A stretch of DNA of 64,000 nt from Eledone cirrhosa. Taxonomy: Eukaryota. A model generated the notes under the pieces. The model was not told where the DNA came from. It did not search any database and was given only the letters and a program-made list of their open reading frames with translations. Positions 1 to 12,522 of the stretch are shown here, piece by piece (within the stretch, counting starts at the first letter, position 1; every line of letters starts with the position of its first letter). Made by a program: the position numbers and the translations under genes. The stretch is from the NCBI GenBank assembly GCA_964016885.1, contig OZ024740.1, forward strand, positions 147,808,001 to 147,872,000, given 5' to 3'.

Positions 1-27
1 AAACCTATGCCTATATATATAATATAT

Positions 28-185
28 AATTGTTTCTACTTTTGGCACAAGGCCAGCAATTATCCAAGTTCATTAGTGATGCTTTATTTTAACGACCCCG
101 GCGGGATTTGAACTCAGACCATAAAAAGGCGTAACTCTATGCTGCAAAGCATGACGTCCGATCTTCTACCGATACTACCAATCCC
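28..185 (-). mobile_element. tRNA-derived SINE (Nin/Deu-core-like family), internally deleted copy
   Basis: Same head (GGATTGG.AGTATCGGTAGA...GAGTTCAAATCCCG) and tail (GCCTTGTGCCAAAAGTAGAAACAATT) as the copies at 5318, 11671, 32967 and 55785; part of the core is deleted. Confidence 0.8.
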
Positions 186-269
186 ATTGCATATATGTAT
201 GCTCCTGGAGGACCATATACAAAAAAAAAAAAAAAAATTATCATGGTCATGGAACCAGGCTGGATGTAG

Positions 270-443
270 TAGATACATTTGTCTACTTGGGTAGAACACT
301 CTTAAATGATGGTTCCTTGGATGCTGAAATACATCTGTGCATCTAGAAGGCCTCTGCTGCTTTCGAAAAATTGGAAAAGAGAGTTTGGGCAAATCGCAAC
401 ATTACCAACAATACCAAGGTGTATATGTATAGATCATGTGTTC
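270..443 (+). pseudogene. RTE (BovB-like) LINE RT C-terminal fragment
   Basis: Reads YLGRTL..DGSLDAEI...KASAAFEKLEKRVWANRNITNNTKVYMYRSCVL, typical of the RTE post-RT region. Confidence 0.7.
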
Positions 444-851
444 TGGTAACCCCACCAAGCTTGCTTAGTGAGAAGGGCGATATTTGGGCACCCTACGGGA
501 TGAAATACAAGACCCGGCAAAGGGCGGAGGAACTCAGCAGAGTCAACGGTCATCCAAACAGTACTTTTTTTTTTACCTGGGAGTGAAAGGCACCCATGTG
601 AAAAATACTCTGCGGCTTCGAAAACATCTGATGATGTTGACCAGTTCTCCTTTCGGGTAGTGTTTTCGATGCTCAGAGAGTGAGAGTGGTCGAGTGCAAG
701 GCTTTTTCCTGCTTAAAAATCCTTCAAAGCACAGGCATTGCTTGTTCAGGATATGTTACAGGTTCGTGTGGCTGGCCGTAGCCTAAAGGTGCACCATTTT
801 CTGTAATCTGACAAGCGATTGCAATACTCTTAGCAGAGTTTGCAGCCACCA
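444..851 (+). mobile_element. Non-autonomous RTE-derived (bipartite) retroelement, family A, 5'-truncated
   Basis: Homologous to 1405-1940 and 42053-42273; ends in ATACTCTTAGCAGAGTTTGCAGCCACCATG followed by a (TATG)n tail. Confidence 0.7.
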
Positions 852-914
852 TGTATGTATGTATGTATGTATGTATGTATGTATGTATGTATGTATGTAT
901 GTATGTATGTATGT
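852..914 (+). repeat. (TATG)n tail/microsatellite
   Basis: Directly visible. Confidence 0.95.
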
Positions 915-916
915 AG

Positions 917-1327
917 GTGAGAGATGACCCCTTAGCCTTTGTCAAGGCAGAATTCTAGGAGAAGGAAAACTCTGATATAACACCTGCAACCCTGATGGTA
1001 TCCAATGATGTTGACTTGTTCTTCTTTTTGGTAAATATCATCTTGGTTAAGAGAGTGGGACTGGCTTTGTGCAGTGCCTTTGCTCACTATAAAAGCTTCA
1101 CGGCACAGGCATTGCTTTATATCTGGAGATCTCTCTGCACTTGTCGTCACATGGTACCATGGCCCAGCACTATGTGTCAATAATTGTCACAAGTGTGGTG
1201 TTTGTACCAGAGTTTTCATGTCGCAGGCTGGACTAAAAAGTCACACTCGTTCAGCGCATCGGTAGGGGTTCTCCTACATGGATATAAAGTAGTGGCCGTA
1301 CTCGAAAACGAGTTGGCAGCCACCATG
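917..1327 (+). mobile_element. Non-autonomous RTE-derived retroelement, family B, 5'-truncated; retains the C-terminal C2H2 finger coding remnant
   Basis: Near-identical to 10936-11345 on the minus strand; encodes CGVCTRVFMSQAGLKSHTRSAH; ends in GTACTCGAAAACGAGTTGGCAGCCACCATG + (TATG/TAGG)n. Confidence 0.75.
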
Positions 1328-1404
1328 TATGTATGTATGTAGGTAGGTAGGTAGGTAGGTAGGTAGGTAGGTAGGTAGGTATGTATTTATGTATGTATGT
1401 ATGC

Positions 1405-1940
1405 ATGTATGCCAGGTTGCTTTCGAGTGCTACTGATAACATGTAACCTAGTGCAGCCTGTCACATGGTCGGGTCGTCGGTGTCTAAAATGGCAAACCCA
1501 CCAAGCTTGCTTGGTGAGGAAGGTGATATTTGGACACCCTGCGGGATGGAATACAAGATCAGGCAAAGGGCGGAGGAACTCAGCAGAGTCAACAGCCATC
1601 CAAATAGTACTTTTTTTTCTTTTTGCACCTGGGAGTGAAAGGCCCCCAGTTGTTGTCACAACACCTTTCTAAGAGAGAGAAACTGTGAACAAAAACCTGC
1701 AGCTTCAGAAGCATCCGATGATGTTGACCAGTTCTCCTTTTTGGGTAGTGTTTTCGATGCTCAGAGAGTGGGATTGGTCGAGTGCTAGGCCTTTCCCCAC
1801 TTAAAAAACATTCAAAGCACAGGCATTGCTTGTTCAGGATATGGTATAGGTTTGTGTGACTGGCCGTAGCCTAAAAGTGCAGCAAACTCTATAATCCTCC
1901 AAACAATTGCAGTACTCTTAGCAGAGTTTGCAGCCATCAT
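1405..1940 (+). mobile_element. Non-autonomous RTE-derived retroelement, family A, near full length
   Basis: 5' part (GTGCTACTG.TAACATGTA...CATGGTCGGGTCG...TTGGTGAGGA.GGTGA) is shared with family B; 3' stem-loop end plus (TATG)n at 1940-2002. Confidence 0.75.
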
Positions 1941-2003
1941 GTATGTATGTATGTATGTATGTATGTATGTATGTATGTATGTATGTATGTATGTATGTAT
2001 GTA

Positions 2004-3290
2004 TCTAGGGCGGGTAAAATTCCCGAGATCCATTGACGAGTTCTCTCCAGCGATCTCTGTCTCTCATTATCGCTGCCATGTCCTGCGTCTCCAACAGACC
2101 AGTGTCTCTCCTTAGGGCATCAGCATACGTTAACCTTGGTCTTCCTCTTCCAGTGTGTCCATGCAGGGGCTCTCACACCAACACTGAGTGCAGAGTCAAC
2201 TCTGGATGTCGGTGAGCATGTCCAGTTAACCTCAGTCTCCTCTGCGTCACTTTTGAGCTGACTTTTGGGATGCTCCCATACAGCTCTGAGTTCTTCATCC
2301 TCAGTGTATACTGATTAATGTTCAGAGCCATCCTCAGCATTCTCGTGTAGCACCCATCCACCATCTGAGTGAGTTTCTTGGTCAGTATCCAAGTCTCAGA
2401 CCCGTACAGCAGCACAGACTCCACTACAGCAATGAAGAGGCGGATCTTCAGGTCTTAACGAAGGTCCGACTTCCACACCGATCTCAAACTGTGGCACGCG
2501 GCCCAGGCTTTGTTCTTCCTCTCAATCACATCATCTTCTGTATTCCCAATCTTTGCTCCCAAATACAGGAAGTCTTCAACTAATTCCAGCGTCTTCCCGC
2601 CTACATTAGTAATCCCCTCTGGCTTCTCAACATTCTCTACCAGACATTTTGTCTTAGTCTCATTCATTCTCAGCCCCACACTCATCGACACAGTCTCAAC
2701 TTCCTGCATCAAATCCTCTGCCTCCTTCATTGTATCTGTCACCAAAACTATGTCGTCAAAAAATTCAGCATCCGATATCTTTTTTCGCCTTAACTCTCCT
2801 GCTCTGAGCCGGTGTTACAGTAAAGCCAGAGTCCTGGTGTTTCTCCAGTGCAAAGCGCATACAATAGTCCACTACGATGATAAAGAGGTAGGGAGCCAAT
2901 GTATCTCCCTGGAGCACTCCAGCCAGTATCTCAAAGAACTCTCTCATCCCATCAGGTGTAATGACTTGGGCTTTGGTGTTGGTGTAGAGCAGTGATATCA
3001 GGTCCACTATCTTCTTGGGGATTCCATAAGCCTGTAAGATCTTCATCAGGCAGTGACGGTCCACAGAATCAAAGGCCTTCCTAAAGTCAATAAAAACCAT
3101 GACCGCAGGAAGGCACTTTGCTCTAGCTCCCTCTAATATCCTCCTCAGCATCAGAATGTGACTGGCGGTTGATCTTCCCTCTCTGAAGCCGTTCTGGTTG
3201 CCCCTGAGCTTCTTCTCCATCTCGGGCTGGATCCTGTTAAGAAACATCCTGTTGAAGGTCTTTTCCACAAGTGACGTTAGTGAGATCCTC
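2004..3290 (-). mobile_element. RTE-clade LINE, 5'-truncated, frameshifted RT (same family as 21930-25230)
   Basis: ORF pieces carry QNGFREGRST, FIDFRKAFDSV, GVLQGDTLAPYLF and FLYLGAKI; the stop codon is directly followed by an (ATAC)n tail. Confidence 0.92.
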
Positions 3291-3600
3291 CTGCAATATA
3301 TGTGGGCGAATATACTTGTCAAAAGGCCAATTCCTTGCAACCAATTCAACAGGTGGTACATGTGACAGAGAATTTTCGAATAAGTCAGGACTTAAAAGGC
3401 ATAAAAAAAACATAATTATTTTCCAGATGAGACTGAAGAGACGAATCATGGAAGGTATGAATACCAATGTATTTTGTGTAACAAAACATGCAAGTCCCTA
3501 GCAGGTTTTAAAAACCACTGCAGAGCTCAACTACCAATAGAGATATATTATTAGTCAGTGATGGTCTTACACGTCTACAGAGTTGACGGTCATTATGTAT
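3290..3600 (+). mobile_element. 3' fragment of a BovB-like RTE LINE with C2H2 zinc-finger remnants
   Basis: CNICGRIY...TCDREFSNKSGLKRH; ends CAGAGTTGACGGTCATTATG, like the other RTE 3' ends, followed by a TA tail. Confidence 0.6.
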
Positions 3601-3610
3601 ATATATATAT

Positions 3611-4790
3611 GCTTTGGGAGGGTCATGTTGACAATAAGAAAGACACGCACCAGTTGCTTTCACTCCAATTTATTATAAATTAAATTTATAAATTTAAGAA
3701 TTTATAAATTTCCGTTTGGTTGGTTGGTTCCACAACCGGACGGTTGTTCATATATTGTCAAAGTTCTTTCGTCACACATTCTGTGATCTCTTCAGTGACT
3801 GGAGATTCTTTTCTTTGTTTTTGTGCCTCTCCTTTGTTCTGTCCTACGCCATCTTGTTTTTGTGTGTGTTGTGTGCTTAGTTTGCGCATGTGTTACATCC
3901 GGGTGTCTGTGTGTGTTTATATTTGTTTATTTATTTGTTTATTTACATGTTACTGGTTGGTTGTTTGTTCTATGTGTGTGTGTGTTTTCATTTTGTCCTT
4001 AATTGTAAGTTGTGCTGTTGCTATTCCATTCATGCTTTCTATTTAATTTTGGTTGGAGTTCGTTTATGTTTATTGCCTCTGTGATTTGTCTAAACATTGG
4101 TCTTTTCTGAGTGTAGATTCTATTTTTATTTTTATGTTCTTTAATTTACCCTTATGTTCTATTTTAGCATGTTGGTAGAGTACAGATGATTCTTTACTAT
4201 CTTGAAGCTCTCGCCAGTGTTCATTTATCCGTTCTCCTATACTACGAGCTGTCTCACCTATATACACTATATTCTTATCTCTACATTGTCCTTCAGTACA
4301 TCTTATGCTATATACTACATTTCTAGTTTTACAGTTAATATGGGGGCTTAGTTTACAGATTATACATTTCTTATCTATACAGGGAGGTCTTTGAAAAGGG
4401 TATGTATTGCTAATAAGTGTTTTTATGGAGGTACCTGGTCTTTCTACTATCTTAATATTGAGTTTATGTTTATCTAGGGCCCTTCTGAATTTGTAAGCTA
4501 ATTCACCTCTAGGGGTTGTATTGATGAACATTACACTCTGGTATTTATTGCTATCATAACATGAGTTTATTCTATTAACCTTAGTTCTAGTTCTTTCTAT
4601 TCCAAAAGTTGCTCCTATACAAGGGGCAGGTCCCATTTGTATCATTATTTACCATTTTTTCCCATTTGGTTCTGGCTCCTCTATACACTCTGATTTTATC
4701 TCTCTGATTGTAACCAGAGAACTGCATACTGTGGATGAAGTGTTGTATGTGTCTCTCTAGTTCTTTGTGTATGTGTCTCTCTAGTTCCTG
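3611..4790 (-). mobile_element. Penelope-like element 3' portion (GIY-YIG endonuclease plus hammerhead-bearing pLTR)
   Basis: ORF 4070-4645: Cys-rich linker PPCIDKKCIIC..INCKTRNVVYSIRC...VYIGETARSIGERINEH (GIY-YIG); downstream non-coding terminal repeat 3611-~3950 is also present at 16195-17330. Confidence 0.88.
3757..3799 (-). ncRNA. Minimal type I hammerhead ribozyme
   Basis: Minus strand GUCA-CUGAAGA-GAUCACAGAAUGUGUGAC-GAAA-GAAC-UU-UGAC; stems I and II and the core are intact. Confidence 0.8.
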
Positions 4791-5099
4791 ACACACACAT
4801 TCAAGAACATTACCATCATCATCATCATCATCATCATCATCATACATCGATACATACATACATACATGATGGCTGCCCCCTCGTTATCGAGTATGGCCAT
4901 TGCACGATATACCATTATTAATAATTGTTAAGTATTATGGTATATTATTATGGTTAATTATAATGGTATATCGTGCAATGGCCATACCTGATAACGAGGG
5001 GCAGCCATCATGTATGCGTGTATCCATGTATGATGACGATGACGATGCTGATGATGATGATGATGATGATGGTAATGTTCTTGAATGTGTGTGTCAGGA
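4785..5099. repeat. Fold-back inverted duplication (arms ~4785-4918 and ~4960-5099) containing an RTE-type 3' end and (GAT)n
   Basis: TCCTGACACACACATTCAAGAACATTACC...GATATACCATTAT is the reverse complement of ATAATGGTATATC...GGTAATGTTCTTGAATGTGTGTGTCAGGA. Confidence 0.9.
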
Positions 5100-5161
5100 G
5101 GGAAAGGAGGAATTATGACAAGAGAAGGAAGAAACTGAAAAAATAAGGAAATTATCGATAC

Positions 5162-5162
<1 letters not shown>

Positions 5163-5236
<74 letters not shown>
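5163..5236. repeat. (GT)n microsatellite
   Basis: Directly visible. Confidence 0.95.
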
Positions 5237-5239
<3 letters not shown>

Positions 5240-5317
5240 ATGCTGCTGATGATGGTAGGAATTAGTAAAACGGGTGAAAATTTGGGTGAAGATGATAATA
5301 GTGACGATGATAATGAT

Positions 5318-5487
5318 AATTGTTTCTTCTTTTGGCACAAGGCCAGCAATTACCAAGTGCATTACTGGTACTTTATTTTATCGACCCCGTAAGGATTAAA
5401 GGCAAAGTTAACCTCGACGGGATTTGAACTCATACCATAAAGGGACGTAACTATGCTGGAAAGCATGGCGTCCGACCCTCTACCGAA
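5318..5487 (-). mobile_element. tRNA-derived SINE (Nin/Deu-core-like)
   Basis: B-box GAGTTCAAATCC and core GTTAACTTTGCCTTT.ATCCTTACGGGGTCGATAAAATAAAGTACCAG on the minus strand. Confidence 0.88.
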
Positions 5488-6741
5488 TGATAATGAATCG
5501 ATGATAATGATTATGAATCCTCATCCAACCTAGAATCATACAATAGTAACCTCTATTTCTTTCTGTAGTTTTATAAATCTACTCCGTGGAGAAGAATATT
5601 GTTTTCATACAGATATACACTGTGTAAAACGATCTCTACTTTTTTAGTGTGATTGTTATTATAGTTTTATAAAGATTGTTTAGAACTTTTGATTTTTAAC
5701 TTAATTTTTTCTATTTTAATGTAATTTTTAATGTAGATATTTGGTATATTTACTGGAGTGCAGATTTAGCCAATTCTTTCTACTTGTGATAGACATATCA
5801 AACTCAGTTGTTACAGCAACTTTTTGTGGGAATCAAGAAAAAAACGTCTGCCTTCCCGAGCCGGCACAGAATGATTCCAGGCAGCTTATCATCAAGCTTG
5901 ACATGAGAACTGCGCCGAGACCACTTGCTCGAGGCTTGCCTCAGTCACGCCCCGCCTACTTACCCACTGGCCTACCTGTTATAAGTGTCCCCGAGCATGC
6001 TCCTCACTCTCTACAAGGTCATACCACCCTAAACCGGCGTTCAACAGGGCGAGTCATTACTCCCTCCTCTTTGCTCTAGGGGTAGGCAGCATTACTCGGA
6101 GTATCACTGCCCCTCTCAACGTCCGGTACCTGGACGACGCGACTCTATCAGGTGCAGGTGACCCATAAAGACGTCCTTACCCTCGGCCCACCGATCCTCC
6201 CATCTGTCATTTGCTCTACCCTCAGGTCAAACTCAGTGTACACCAAAATCCCTAAAACCTATTTCCACCTTTGGTTTTTGTTTCAATATTTATTATATGT
6301 TTTAAGTATAAAACATATTGTTTTACAAATCGATCACGAAAAAACCCTTTTATATTTTCAGCATTGTGCTACAGCAGTATATTATCAGCTTGTTGAAATA
6401 TAAATATTCTTGCCTTAAGACACACATGGGGGAGAATCAAATTAGATTATTTGATCTTCAGAAGATGAGTTTAATTTTAATATCTATGCGATTGATCCTG
6501 TAAGGTAACAGCATACATTGATCTCTATCACATTTGATCTGCAGAAATATTTGTTTTTTTTCTGTTTAGGAAAACGGAAACCCTTATAACCATATTCTCT
6601 TTACACCCACCAGTTCTTCAGATAGATTCAAAAAAGAAATTAATCATTATTTACACGTTAGTGTGCAAGCACATACGCGCGAAATGTTATTGTAAACAAA
6701 GTGATAATAAATGAAAGCTACCTATATAGTAAATTAGGGAG

Positions 6742-6814
6742 ACACACACACACACACATACGCACGCACACGCACACACACACACATACACACACACACA
6801 CGCACGCACACACG

Positions 6815-6885
<71 letters not shown>

Positions 6886-6900
6886 ACACACACACACACA
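6742..6900. repeat. (CA)n compound microsatellite
   Basis: Directly visible. Confidence 0.95.
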
Positions 6901-7559
6901 ATTTGCAAATATAATGTGACTATAGGTGGGGCCAACTCTATTGAGACTACCGTATTATTATATCACCATGCCCTTCATAACTATATCATCAACACCACAA
7001 CCATCACTAAAATCATCATCATCATCATCATCACAAACAACAACTACATTGTTTTATGTATTTCTGGTTTTTCCATCCAGCTACCAACGACAAAAGATTT
7101 GCACCGACACACATTTTTTGAGATTGCCTGTAATTATATTTAATGACCCCTTCTTTGACCGAATAAACTTTCACTGGGGCTCAATATGGGCCCGAGGACT
7201 TTGTCTTAACTCGACCCAGTGGATTTGCCTACCAATCAACAAACTTCAAGCAATTAAATCAAACTTTCTTAAGGAAATAGGGTCAGCCTAGTGACAGAAG
7301 ATAACACGGTATTCTATAGTATACGACTTAGTGCTATAAACATTTTTTTTTCACATCTCCTTCTGCCTCTCCCACTAACGTGTACATATGTGTGTGAAAG
7401 CGTGTTTGTTAAATGTTTGTTTCTTTACTCATCTTAGATAAACAGACTAGCTAACAAATACAGAGTGATAATTAGACAAAGATATATTTATAGATCAATT
7501 GATTAAAAACATTTAGATATATATGTATTCTTAATTAATCAACAGTGGACTACATGATC

Positions 7560-8075
7560 TTATTAGATAGGGCTTGTTCGACCGCTTCCTCTTCGCACCT
7601 GTCGCCGTCGAGAGCTCAGGTGACCTCGGATTCCGTACAGCCGGGTTCTTCCGTAAAAGTGGATCGCCGCCAGCAGCGCGGCCTTGGAAGGAACCCCTCG
7701 AGGTGGGGTGGCTGTTGCAGCGGGTGTCGCTGGCCATTGTCCACGGAAATGCCATTGCAGTTTTGTTCGCGGGGCGCAGACCAAACATCGCACCGGCCCA
7801 GGCATAGAGCCTATCACACCCACCCCTTCCTTTCTTCTGTGACCTCATAGTCCTTGCTTTTTCCCTCCTTTTCTTTTCATTTATGGTATTTATAACCCTT
7901 TCTCCTACATCCCTATACAGTCAGATCTGCCCCTCTTTACCCTCTGTTCGTTGCTTAGTTTCGTTTTTATCCTTTCTTTTTCTTTTTCTTTCATATTTCC
8001 ATCAATATTTGCAATGCTATTTATACAACTGTGAATTGATTTATTGTTTGTAATTCAATTTATTAATAAAGTTTT
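7560..8075 (+). mobile_element. 3' fragment of a CRE-like RLE non-LTR retrotransposon
   Basis: GC-rich island encoding FLFAPVAVESSGDLG...WLLQRVSLAIVHGNAIAVL, matching the FxPxAxExxG...FQRxSxAxxRGNA C-terminus of CRE-clade endonucleases, followed by a pyrimidine-rich 3' UTR with AATAAA. Confidence 0.7.
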
Positions 8076-8807
8076 CAATGTAAGGCATACTTCTTTTTAA
8101 ATAAACATACAGTTTGGATTTTCTTTCCTTGTAATCTTGCTTCAGTGTCGGCCACTCGCAATGACACCATCAAATATGATTTGGATGCAACTAGCTTTCT
8201 ATCGCAACTGAAACCAATGTTGTTAGACCGATGGGACAGCAAAAAACTGAAAAGCATCACCTTTCCAATTCGAGGTGGTAAGCTTCTAATATAAGATGTG
8301 ATCTACATCGATACATTCTCCAGCGGCAACCTAGGGAAGATGTATTAGATCCTGGTTTCCTCACATAACAGGCAAAATTGCAAGCTGAAAAGTACCGGCT
8401 GCACTCTGACAAATTTGTTGTCGAATCCATAGTATTGGAAAAATCTGCCGTCCTGGGCCCTCGAACCACATCCCTACTCAGTTCGATTTGAAAAGAAATG
8501 GCCATCTATAAGAATGCGCCCCGCGAAATAGGCCAACATTTTCTGCATACCCCCTCATCTTTCTTTGAGGCAAAGCATTTATTTTGTCTGCTTGGACAAT
8601 AAAACTTTTACTCGACCTGCTGTGATAAATAGTTGGGAGAGTTGAAAATATGTTACCTCATTATTGTTTCTTACAAAAAAATAAATAAAACAAAACAATT
8701 ATTTATCCACATAGGGAAATGTAAACATAATGATTGCATCACAGGTTTTATCTCTCTGCAGGCAAAAATAGGTTAGGTCTGATTGGTTTTTATTATTGTT
8801 AGAAATA

Positions 8808-8882
8808 CCGATGAGGTTAGCTTTGCCTTTCATCCTTACGGGATCGATAAAAACCAGTCACGCACTGGGGTCGATTTAATCG

Positions 8883-8913
<31 letters not shown>

Positions 8914-8945
8914 GTTGGCTTTGTGCCTAAATCAGAAACCATTAT
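8808..8945 (+). mobile_element. SINE fragment (Nin/Deu-like core and tail)
   Basis: GAGGTTAGCTTTGCCTTTCATCCTTACGGGATCGATAAA...GCACTGGGGTCGAT. Confidence 0.75.
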
Positions 8946-9174
8946 TGTTAGACCTTCATCAGAGGAAGAAGAAGAACATTAGCTATAGTGTAGCCTTCAA
9001 CATTCTATAGAATCTTGGACTGAGCTAAACTGGTTTAATCTAATTTGAATTATAGTACGTGTTCTGGAGGCGTGGCGTAATTAATCCATTGTGCATTACT
9101 GAGTATTTTTTAAAATATTTGAGATGTAAGATATAACATCTTAAAGTAGAGAAGCACTCTTACTTTTCTAAAAA

Positions 9175-10778
9175 ATGGTTTACCTAAACCCGACCACAAC
9201 AGCATCTTCTGATGTACACGAGGTGCATCTGGGAGTGATAACTAATCTCCCAGAGGCTGAGATCAGAATAGCAATTAAAGAGCTCAAATGTAGCAAGGCT
9301 GCTGGGGAGGAGGAAATTCGGCCCGAGATGTTAAAAACATTAAATAAAGAAGGTATTTTCTGGATGACTCGTGTGTGCCGGGTGACCTGTTTCTCTCAAA
9401 GGGCACCCAAGCAATGGAAATCGAGTGATTATCCCAATTTTCAAAAAGAGGGACAAGAAAGATTGTTCCAATTCCAGAGGGCTCTCCTAGTTAAGCCTTT
9501 CCGGTAAAGTCTATGCTAAGTGTCTAGCAAAGAGATGCAGGCAGATTGTCAAGTCCAAGCCAGATGATGAACAGTATGGTTTTCGCCCCGGATTCAACAC
9601 AGCCGACCAAATATTCATACTGCGTCAGGTATTCGAGAAATCGTGGGATTATTGCCAAGAAGTATATTCTTGTTTTGTCAATCTTGAGAAGGCATATGAC
9701 CACGCTCCTTGGGATCTGCTGTGAAAAGCTGTGCAAGAGTATAGGATTGATGGTCAGCTTCTTGATGTCTTTATACGAATGCCCGGGTATTTGTGTTCGG
9801 GTAAATGGTGCTAAATCGAAACCTTTCAATGTGGGAGTCGGACTCCGCCAAGAGTGCGCACTGTTACCTCTCCTGTTCATTATTTACATGAACAGGATTA
9901 ACATGCGCAGCCGGGTTGGAAGTGGTATCATGACTGGCAGGTGTAAAATCAGTCGGCTGGAATTTGCAGACAACATGGTATTACTCAACTCGACAGAAGA
10001 TGATCTTCGACTTGCACTTAAAAGGTTCGATGCCGAGTGCTGCATGGCTGGAATGAAAATCAGTGCTGCGAAAACTGAGACACTCGTCCTCTCAAGGAAG
10101 CCTGAGTAGTGCACGCTACATGTGAATGGAGTTCCACTGAAACAGGCAGAGAAGTTCAAGTATCTCGGTGCCGTGTTCACGAGTGATAGACGGCAGTGGG
10201 CTGAATTAAGTGCAAGAATTGCAGAAGCTGGTGCAGTAGTGCGCCCGCTTCAGCATTCGATAATCAGAAGAAGGAAAATAAGCGTACAAGTCAAACTCGC
10301 TATCTTCAATTCGGTTTTCGTGCCAACTCTTACCTATGGTCATGAATCTTGGGTAGTGACCGAAAGAATACGATCGTGAATACAAGCAGCCGAAATAGGA
10401 TTCCTCCGAAGGGTCTTTGGAGTAATGTTACTCGATTAAGTGCGTTGCTCGGAGATCAGAGAGTCACTCCAGGTAATGCCGTTACTTCTCCGAATTGAGA
10501 TAAAACAGCTCCAATACTATGGGTATCTGGTTAGAATGTCTCAAGAAAGAATCCCTAGACAGATTTTATGGGTAAAACCAGCAGGTAGGTGACACAGGGG
10601 TAGACCCCCTGCAAGATGGTTGGATAACATCCATGAGTTTGGCTTGTCATGCTTGGGGTACCAGCCGAATCAGTTGGAGACGGTTGTTTCTAACAGGACT
10701 CGCTGGCGGGAGTGTTTGAGGACTCTGCCCCCATGACCCTTTCAGATATAAGTAGGCGAAGGAGAAGAAAAGAAGAAT
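9175..10778 (+). mobile_element. RTE-clade LINE, 5'-truncated, disrupted RT
   Basis: KAAGEEEIRPEMLK, QYGFRPG, VNLEKAYDH, VGLRQECALLPLLF, LEFADNMV, FKYLGAVF; stops and frameshifts; (GAA)n tail near 10760-10777. Confidence 0.9.
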
Positions 10779-10889
10779 TTTGAGTATCATAAAAGGAATT
10801 AGCTACAATTGTAAAGAACACGGATTTATAGGTGCCATTTGTTGATTTTTCCGGATACTATGAATCCTAGTCACGCCCTATGTATCCCC

Positions 10890-10935
10890 ACATACATACA
10901 TACATACATACATACATACATACATACATACATAC
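10890..10935. repeat. (CATA)n tail of the adjacent minus-strand element
   Basis: Directly visible. Confidence 0.9.
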
Positions 10936-11530
10936 ATGGTGGCTGCCAACTCGTTTTCGAGTACGGCCACTACTTTATATCCATGTAGGAGAACCCCTAC
11001 CGATGCGCTGAACGAGTGTGACTTTTTAGTCCAGCCAGCGACTTGAAAACTCTGGTACAAACACTGCACTTGTGACAATTATTGACACATAGTGCTGGGC
11101 CCATGGTACCATGTGACGACAAGTGCAGAGAGATCTCCAGATATAAAGCAATGCCTGTGCTGTGAAGCTTTTATAGTGAGCAAAGGCACTGCACAAAGCC
11201 AGTCCCACTCTCTTAACCAAGATGATATTTACCAAAAAGAAGAACAAGTCAACATCATTGGATACCATCAAGGTTGCAGGTGTTATATCAGAGTTTTCCT
11301 TCTCCTAGAATTCTGCCTTGACAAAGGCTAAGGGGTCATCTCTCCCGGTGATTTTGGATGGACATTGACTCTTAAGAGCTGCTTTGCCCTTTGACAGGTT
11401 TTGTTTTAGTCCTGCAGGATGTCCAAAGTCACCCTCCTCACCAAGAAACCTTGGTAGGGTTGCCAGTTTAGTCGCCAACGACCCGACCATGAGATACATG
11501 TTACCAGTAGCACCAACTGGTGACCTGACA
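10936..11530 (-). mobile_element. Non-autonomous RTE-derived retroelement, family B, near full length (~600 bp)
   Basis: Reverse complement of 917-1327 plus a 5' region shared with family A; flanked on both sides by (CATA)n. Confidence 0.8.
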
Positions 11531-11670
11531 TACATACATACATATAGTAGTATCGTTAATCCATGCATGCACAAATCACACACTTGGACCAATTAAGAAA
11601 GAACGCATCGTTCGTTTCTGTTTTGCATTTGAAAAGAAGGTGCTTACCTTGTAATATTATGTTGAAATGT

Positions 11671-11853
11671 GGATTGACAGTATCGGTAGAGGGTCAGACG
11701 ACATGCTTTGGCGCATAGAGTTACGGCCCTTGCCATTCTAAGTTCAAATCCCGCGGAGGTTAACTTTGCCTTTCATCCTTACGGGGTCGATAAAATAAAG
11801 TACCAGTAATGCACTGGGTAATTGTGGCCTTGTGCCAAAAGTAGAAACAATTA
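11671..11853 (+). mobile_element. tRNA-derived SINE (Nin/Deu-core-like), near full length
   Basis: GGATTGACAGTATCGGTAGAGGG...AGTTCAAATCCCGCGGAGGTTAACTTTGCCTTTCATCCTTACGGGGTCGATAAAATAAAGTACCAG. Confidence 0.88.
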
Positions 11854-12079
11854 TGAAACAATTGAAATATTCTGGGTAAAAACAGTACAATGTTTTGTTT
11901 TATTTGTCATTATGATTTGCCCTTTATATACTTCTACCACAATGTACCGGATTTCGGAAGTTCTTATCAATCAATTATTACACACACACACACTCACACA
12001 CGCACACACACACACACACTCACTCACCCACACACAAATATCGATCAACAAAAATTTCAGACCTTAATCGCTTATCGAG

Positions 12080-12520
<441 letters not shown>

Positions 12521-12522
<2 letters not shown>

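Noticed and set aside
5809-6510. Solo LTR with TGTTAC...GTAACA ends
   Set aside because: No target-site duplication and no second copy in the window.
8075-8560. Possible degraded coding remnant on the minus strand
   Set aside because: Multiple stops and no family motif I can name.
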